In this document: positions 59,145 through 64,000 of the stretch, in pieces | Layout of the letters: each line of letters starts with the position of its first letter | Position numbering within the stretch: position 1 is the first letter of the stretch | Assembly (NCBI GenBank): GCA_964437335.1 | Contig: CAYTGL010000011.1 | Coordinates: 6,990 to 70,989, forward strand | Length of the DNA stretch: 64,000 nt | Origin: an uncultured Chromatiales bacterium | GTDB lineage: Bacteria > Pseudomonadota > Gammaproteobacteria > SZUA-140 | Direction of reading: 5' to 3' | The notes under the pieces: generated by a model | The model's database searches: none | What the model was told of the DNA's origin: nothing | The model's input: the letters and a program-made list of their open reading frames with translations, nothing else | Program-made: the position numbers and the translations under genes

Positions 59145-59783
59145 ATGGCTCTTAGCGAATATGATCGCGTGTTGATTGGTCGCATTCGCCAGTCCCAAGA
59201 CGAAGCGTGGGATGAAATGATTGCCCGCTTCGAAGGCCGGCTGCTGGCGTTTGTCGATAGCCGCCTTCATAACCGGGCAGCCGCCGAAGACGTGGTGCAA
59301 GAAACCTTCATTGGGTTCCTGACCAGCCTCCCCAACTACGACGAGCGGCGTCCGTTGGAAAGCTGGCTGTTCAGCATCGCGGCCCACAAGCTCACCGATC
59401 ACCTGCGCCGCGAAGGCCGCCGGCCGCGCGTGCCCCTCGTGGCCCAAGGCTCAAGCAACGCCAGTAGCTGGGACGTGCCCGGCGCCGCCCGCGGCGCCAG
59501 CAGCATTTTGCGCAGCGGCGAGCGGCAACGGTTGGAGCGCGACGCGCTCACCACGGCCATGGCTGAAATCCTCGACCACTGGCGCAGCCGAGGCGACTGG
59601 GAAAAGGTGCGCTGCCTGGAACTGCTGCTCGTCCGCGGTTGGGCCAACAAAGACGCCGCCACCCAACTAGGGCTCACCGAGCAAGTGGTGGCCAACTACA
59701 AGTTCGACTTCCTCTCCAAGCTGCGCACGGCAGTTCGCAAGCAAGGGCTGAACCACGACGTGTTCCCGGAGCTCAAACCTTAG
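59145..59783 (+). CDS. ECF-family RNA polymerase sigma factor
   Basis: Region 2 (VVQETFIGFL, SWLFSIAAHKLTDHLRR) and region 4 HTH (VRGWANKDAATQLGLTEQVVANYKFDFLSKLR). Confidence 0.8.
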   Translation: MALSEYDRVLIGRIRQSQDEAWDEMIARFEGRLLAFVDSRLHNRAAAEDVVQETFIGFLTSLPNYDERRPLESWLFSIAAHKLTDHLRREGRRPRVPLVAQGSSNASSWDVPGAARGASSILRSGERQRLERDALTTAMAEILDHWRSRGDWEKVRCLELLLVRGWANKDAATQLGLTEQVVANYKFDFLSKLRTAVRKQGLNHDVFPELKP

Positions 59784-59908
59784 GGATCGAGAACCATATA
59801 ACGAAGGGTGGCTGGGGTCTGGTTGCCGCTCGCCAGTCGTGGGCTACCAGGCAGCCGCTGCCGGCAACCAGCCCCCAGGCGAATCCGGCCCCACGCGATT
59901 TCTGAAAG

Positions 59909-60337
59909 TTGCGAGTTTTGCCAGATAAATTGCCTATGAACATCACTTCCGAAGAACTCGAAGCCTACCTCGACGAAGGTCTCGCCGCGGCCGATATGGC
60001 GCGGATTGAAGACGCCCTGAGGGCCGATCCGGGGCTGACCTCGCAGTTAGCCGAGGTTCAAGCCCGCCGCGATACCGACGGCCACAGCCTCGGCAGCATT
60101 TGGCGGCGCGAGCGGCTCACCTGCCTGTCCCGCGATCAATTCGGCGCCTACCTGCTCGGCACGCTCGAACCCGAGATTGCCGACTACGTGGACTTCCACT
60201 TGGAAACAATCGGCTGCCGCTACTGCCAGGCCAACCTGGCCGACCTGCGGGAACAGCAGGCCCAGCAAGCCACGGGAACCGAAACGCGGCGACGCAAATA
60301 TTTTCAGTCGAGCGTGGGCTATTTGAAACCAAAATAA
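59909..60337 (+). CDS. Putative zinc-binding anti-sigma factor (142 aa)
   Basis: HxxxCxxC motif (DFHLETIGCRYCQ) characteristic of ZAS-type anti-sigma N-terminal domains; immediately downstream of the ECF sigma gene. Confidence 0.55.
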   Translation: MRVLPDKLPMNITSEELEAYLDEGLAAADMARIEDALRADPGLTSQLAEVQARRDTDGHSLGSIWRRERLTCLSRDQFGAYLLGTLEPEIADYVDFHLETIGCRYCQANLADLREQQAQQATGTETRRRKYFQSSVGYLKPK

Positions 60338-60552
60338 ATGGTGATCAGGATCGAGGATTAAATAATGTCCCAATGTACTCGTCATTCTTGCGAAGGCGGG
60401 AATCCAGCTTACGTAGGTCGTGCACTGCATGACACAATGCGGGTCGATACTATATCATCGGCAATCTTGGTTCGGCGTTGAAATCGAATGCACGGCGTTG
60501 AGGGCATCGTGCGAGCCCCAGTGGTAACATGGAGCGTGATTAGCGATTCCAC

Positions 60553-60585
60553 CCGCATTGTGGCAGGCAAGTAAGCCTGCCCTAC
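60553..60585. repeat. REP-like hairpin element CGCATTGTGGCAGGCA(a/g)(g/a)A(a/t)GCCTGCCCTAC
   Basis: Six copies: 60553..60585, 60686..60719, 61931..61961 (inverted), 62060..62092, 62130..62163, 63055..63087; contains the inverted repeat GGCAGGC ... GCCTGCC. Confidence 0.7.
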
Positions 60586-60891
60586 GGGAACTGGCCTGGG
60601 TGCGGCCCGAGGGATCATAGACTGAACGCTCACAGTGACATGCAATCGAGCCCCTGCGCGAATAGAAAAGAGATTGGCGATTCAGACCGCATTGTGGCAG
60701 GCAGAATGCCTGCCCTACCTTTGCTCTTGCATTCTACATGAAACGCCTGGAAAGCAATGTGTGTCACCCTACTTGGGAAGAGAATCGCATGCGTTCTGCC
60801 TCATTTCGACCTGCATTTGGTGGGTACAAGCACAGCCACCCTACGAAATGCACCCAGGCTACGCTTGCTGAATGGTTACATTATTGGCTCG

Positions 60892-61758
60892 TTAAGGTAG
60901 GTCGTGATATCGAATCAGGACGGCAAGATTGTCATCCTTGAAACTCTGGAGTAGTTTTCGCCCAAAGACACACAAGGACTTTTCCCAAGGATGTCCAAAT
61001 ATGCCGCTTTCCAGATCAGGTGAAATAAAGACGTGGTAGTTTCCTATGGGTGCGACGCTTATGGGCCAAGAACTCACATCCAAAATACGAGAGTCATGTG
61101 GATCAAAACGGTAGCATTGGTGATTCAAGTCCAACGCAAAGACGTAGTCTCCTTTAGACGTGCATTGCTGAAACGCACTGATGACAGTCCTCCTAAGAGA
61201 CTCTTCGGCCAGCTGAAAGGCCAAGCTATCCTCGGACTGCAATGTAAGTAATGGACCCACGCCCCAAGTCAGTGCCCCAGGTGGCTCATTGATTCCAGGC
61301 CATGACGACGGATCAGCGCCACGTCGAAAGGAGAATTCCGCCGTAAACCACTCCCATATACGTACCATTTCTTCATCGGACAGCCCCTTCCATCCTCTCT
61401 TCGCTCGATCCTGTTCCCTAAACAATTCTCCGTCTTTGCACCACTGCCTGAAATCCGACGGCTTTAGTAAGAACTCTCGCTGAATCTTATCGATGTTGCC
61501 GACTGCATAAGGCTGCTCCAAGCAATTCATGAGTCGCTCACATAGATCACCCAGATGATCGTCCCGACCAACGTGAAAGAAACCATTCAATCCCATCAGA
61601 AACCAACCAGATGGACGCTTGGCAAGACTGAAGAGTCTCTTGTTGGAAGGTTGAGCGACGATGGTGAGTTGTTCGCCATGATCGATAGAAGGCTCAACTA
61701 TGCAGTTGATGCCTCTTTTCTCAATGGTTCTTCGAATCTTATCGTAGTCAGAGGGCAT
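60892..61758 (-). CDS. Hypothetical protein (288 aa) between the repeat copies
   Basis: Lower-GC ORF flanked on both sides by REP-like elements; no motif recognised. Confidence 0.5.
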   Translation of the reverse strand: MPSDYDKIRRTIEKRGINCIVEPSIDHGEQLTIVAQPSNKRLFSLAKRPSGWFLMGLNGFFHVGRDDHLGDLCERLMNCLEQPYAVGNIDKIQREFLLKPSDFRQWCKDGELFREQDRAKRGWKGLSDEEMVRIWEWFTAEFSFRRGADPSSWPGINEPPGALTWGVGPLLTLQSEDSLAFQLAEESLRRTVISAFQQCTSKGDYVFALDLNHQCYRFDPHDSRILDVSSWPISVAPIGNYHVFISPDLESGIFGHPWEKSLCVFGRKLLQSFKDDNLAVLIRYHDLP

Positions 61759-62177
61759 TTAGCACACGCATGAGCGAAAGAGAAACTCAAAATGCAGGAC
61801 CATTATGTATCCACGGGTCTTCAATGATTAGCCAAGAATTGTAGTGTTCGTTGGTTAGATATATCGTACTGGTGTTGCGATCAAACACGAATCGCCGACC
61901 ATCGCCAACCTTATCCGTGATGTAGTGAATGTAGGGCAGGCTGCTGCCTGCCACAATGCGGGTAGAATCGCCCCTCCCGGTCGCACGCGAAGGGGCGATG
62001 CGGCCAAGAGCCAAGACCATGCAAAAGACTCCGCCAAGAGCGACCATGACACAACCTCGAACCGCATTATGGCAGGCAGAACGCCTACCCTACATTGGCT
62101 GCGCAAATAGAGAAGAGATTGGCGATTCGAACCGCATTGTGGCAGGCAGAATGCCTGCCCTACCTTTGCTGGGCATT

Positions 62178-62285
62178 ACCGAGCAAGTGGTGGCCAACTA
62201 CAAGTTCGACTTCCTCTCCAAGCTGCGCACGGCAGTTCGCAAGCAAGGGCTGAACCACGACGTGTTCCCGGAGCTCAAACCTTAG
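62178..62285 (+). pseudogene. Duplicated 3' fragment of the ECF sigma factor gene (last ~36 codons)
   Basis: Identical to 59676..59783; no upstream coding continuation (preceded by a REP-like element). Confidence 0.7.
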
Positions 62286-62410
62286 GGATCGAGAACCATA
62301 TAACGAAGGGTGGCTGGGGTCTGGTTGCCGCTCGCCAGTCGTGGGCTACCAGGCAGCCGCTGCCGGCAACCAGCCCCCAGGCGAATCCGGCCCCACGCGA
62401 TTTCTGAAAG

Positions 62411-62839
62411 TTGCGAGTTTTGCCAGATAAATTGCCTATGAACATCACTTCCGAAGAACTCGAAGCCTACCTCGACGAAGGTCTCGCCGCGGCCGATATG
62501 GCGCGGATTGAAGACGCCCTGAGGGCCGATCCGGGGCTGACCTCGCAGTTAGCCGAGGTTCAAGCCCGCCGCGATACCGACGGCCACAGCCTCGGCAGCA
62601 TTTGGCGGCGCGAGCGGCTCACCTGCCTGTCCCGCGATCAATTCGGCGCCTACCTGCTCGGCACGCTCGAACCCGAGATTGCCGACTACGTGGACTTCCA
62701 CTTGGAAACAATCGGCTGCCGCTACTGCCAGGCCAACCTGGCCGACCTGCGGGAACAGCAGGCCCAGCAAGCCACGGGAACCGAAACGCGGCGACGCAAA
62801 TATTTTCAGTCGAGCGTGGGCTATTTGAAACCAAAATAA
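62411..62839 (+). CDS. Second, identical copy of the putative anti-sigma factor
   Basis: 142-aa translation identical to 59909..60337; inside repeat copy 2. Confidence 0.55.
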   Translation: MRVLPDKLPMNITSEELEAYLDEGLAAADMARIEDALRADPGLTSQLAEVQARRDTDGHSLGSIWRRERLTCLSRDQFGAYLLGTLEPEIADYVDFHLETIGCRYCQANLADLREQQAQQATGTETRRRKYFQSSVGYLKPK

Positions 62840-63316
62840 ATGGTGATCAGGATCGAGGATTAAATAATGTCCCAATGTACTCGTCATTCTTGCGAAGGCG
62901 GGAATCCAGCTTACGTAGGTCGTGCACTGCATGACACAATGCGGGTCGATACTATATCATCGGCAATCTTGGTTCGGCGTTGAAATCGAATGCACGGCGT
63001 TGAGGGCATCGTGCGAGCCCCAGTGGTAACATGGAGCGTGATTAGCGATTCCACCCGCATTGTGGCAGGCAAGTAAGCCTGCCCTACGGGAACTTGGGCC
63101 GTAAGGACTTTTATGTCGACGATTTTTTGAGCCGGTACGAAGATATGTGCAACACTTTCCCAAAGCCTGAGTGGGCTGCCTCGCAAATGCTTTCGAAAAC
63201 CCCCTTGCCTGATTATCTCGCTGAAGGTTTGCGGTTGCTTTCAGAGGATGGCATTGATGTGGACAGTCTGTAGATGTAACCAAGTACAGCGTGTGCGATG
63301 CAGGATAAACAATAAG

Positions 63317-63973
63317 ATGCACTTCAAGATACTTGTTCTTTTCGCTCCCGTGCTGATTTGGTTGGGTGTTGTGGGCTATACGGCCGATTCGGCAAGAAGT
63401 GCTCCCCAACCACTGAAGCTTGCCTGGGAGCAGTTAGTGCCGGATAATGAAGAACTCGACGCTCGTGAACAGTTGACAAGTTTTGGCCGGTATGAGTTAC
63501 AGAACAAGATGGTCCGGCAGGCGCAAAAGGATAACGAAAAGGCAATGTTTGCCATTCGGCTCCGCGTATCCGGCCTCGTCGAGCCCATGTTGAATCGTTC
63601 GGTATCGTCTCCTAACCAGCCGCTGGCACTTCTGCATGGGCAATATGTTGACCAGGAACACCAGGATCGCTTCGGCAAAGACGCTACGATCGGTATCTGG
63701 GTACGTGACTTTAGCTCCGTGAAAAACCTAAAAATCGGCGACGAGTTCGAGTTGCAGGGAAAGATTATCTACGTGGTGTATCACGTCGCCGATGATGTCG
63801 ACATCGTCAAGCACATCTGGAGACAACGGGACATCAACACGAGCGTTGCCTACTTGCAGCCACACCTCACCGGTTTCTCGCGTGACGTGCGAATCTATAT
63901 GGTAAACCCGAAAGTCGTCGCGGTAGCGAAAGTACAGTCTTCGAAAGATCGCGAAAGCCAGAACCAGAAATAG
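63317..63973 (+). CDS. Secreted hypothetical protein (start MHFKILVLFAPVLIWLGVVG)
   Basis: Signal peptide-like N-terminus; ORF-track entry 63248 trimmed to the Met preceding the hydrophobic segment. Confidence 0.5.
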   Translation: MHFKILVLFAPVLIWLGVVGYTADSARSAPQPLKLAWEQLVPDNEELDAREQLTSFGRYELQNKMVRQAQKDNEKAMFAIRLRVSGLVEPMLNRSVSSPNQPLALLHGQYVDQEHQDRFGKDATIGIWVRDFSSVKNLKIGDEFELQGKIIYVVYHVADDVDIVKHIWRQRDINTSVAYLQPHLTGFSRDVRIYMVNPKVVAVAKVQSSKDRESQNQK

Positions 63974-64000
63974 CCACGATTGGCGGGTTCCATCGACTGA

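Larger units (their letters stand above)
59676..60592. repeat. Copy 1 of a 917-bp perfect direct repeat (second copy at 62178..63094)
   Basis: The identical sequence recurs at an offset of 2502 bp; it covers the last ~36 codons of the sigma gene, the whole anti-sigma gene, one palindromic element and one REP-like element. Confidence 0.85.
62178..63094. repeat. Copy 2 of the 917-bp direct repeat
   Basis: See copy 1. Confidence 0.85.

Noticed and set aside
60553-63087. CRISPR array interpretation of the short repeats
   Set aside because: Repeat spacing is irregular (tens to >1000 bp), one copy is inverted, and no cas genes are present.

Overview
Coordinates from about 1 to 51.5 kb (roughly 45-57% GC) look like a mosaic of defense and mobile-element genes ending at a tmRNA gene (ssrA, 51160..51520, minus strand). 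A large tyrosine integrase sits immediately next to the ssrA 3' end. From about 51.7 kb onward the sequence turns GC-rich (about 60-65%) and looks like core genome: a response regulator, a Ser/Thr kinase with an FHA partner, and an ECF sigma/anti-sigma pair.

A complete type 1 BREX operon (brxA-brxB-brxC-pglX-pglZ-brxL) lies on the minus strand at 692..15210. It carries three small uncharacterised genes inside the operon with 4-bp start/stop overlaps: one between brxC and pglX, and two between pglX and pglZ.

Further defense-like genes flank it:
- a PD-(D/E)xK nuclease cassette
- a DUF3883 protein
- an HNH endonuclease
- a NERD-helicase gene with a membrane partner
- a PIN-like DUF4935 protein
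- several orphan ORFs

At 37.4..45 kb an integrative-element module (RuvB-like ATPase, excisionase-like HTH, tyrosine recombinase, DUF932 protein) precedes five small ORFs. Each ORF sits behind a GC-rich hairpin and the same ~18-nt motif GTAGTTGATTTGTACCTT; two more motif copies are found elsewhere.

The right end holds a perfect 917-bp direct repeat (59676..60592 and 62178..63094) that duplicates the anti-sigma gene and the sigma-gene 3' end. It is flanked by a REP-like hairpin repeat family and by short ATTCCC-N8-GGGAAT palindromic elements. A 70-bp remnant of a metallophosphoesterase paralog at about 35.5 kb marks a rearrangement scar. I found no CRISPR array and no rRNA or tRNA genes. All functional calls rest on motif recognition by eye from the translations; none was checked by database search.
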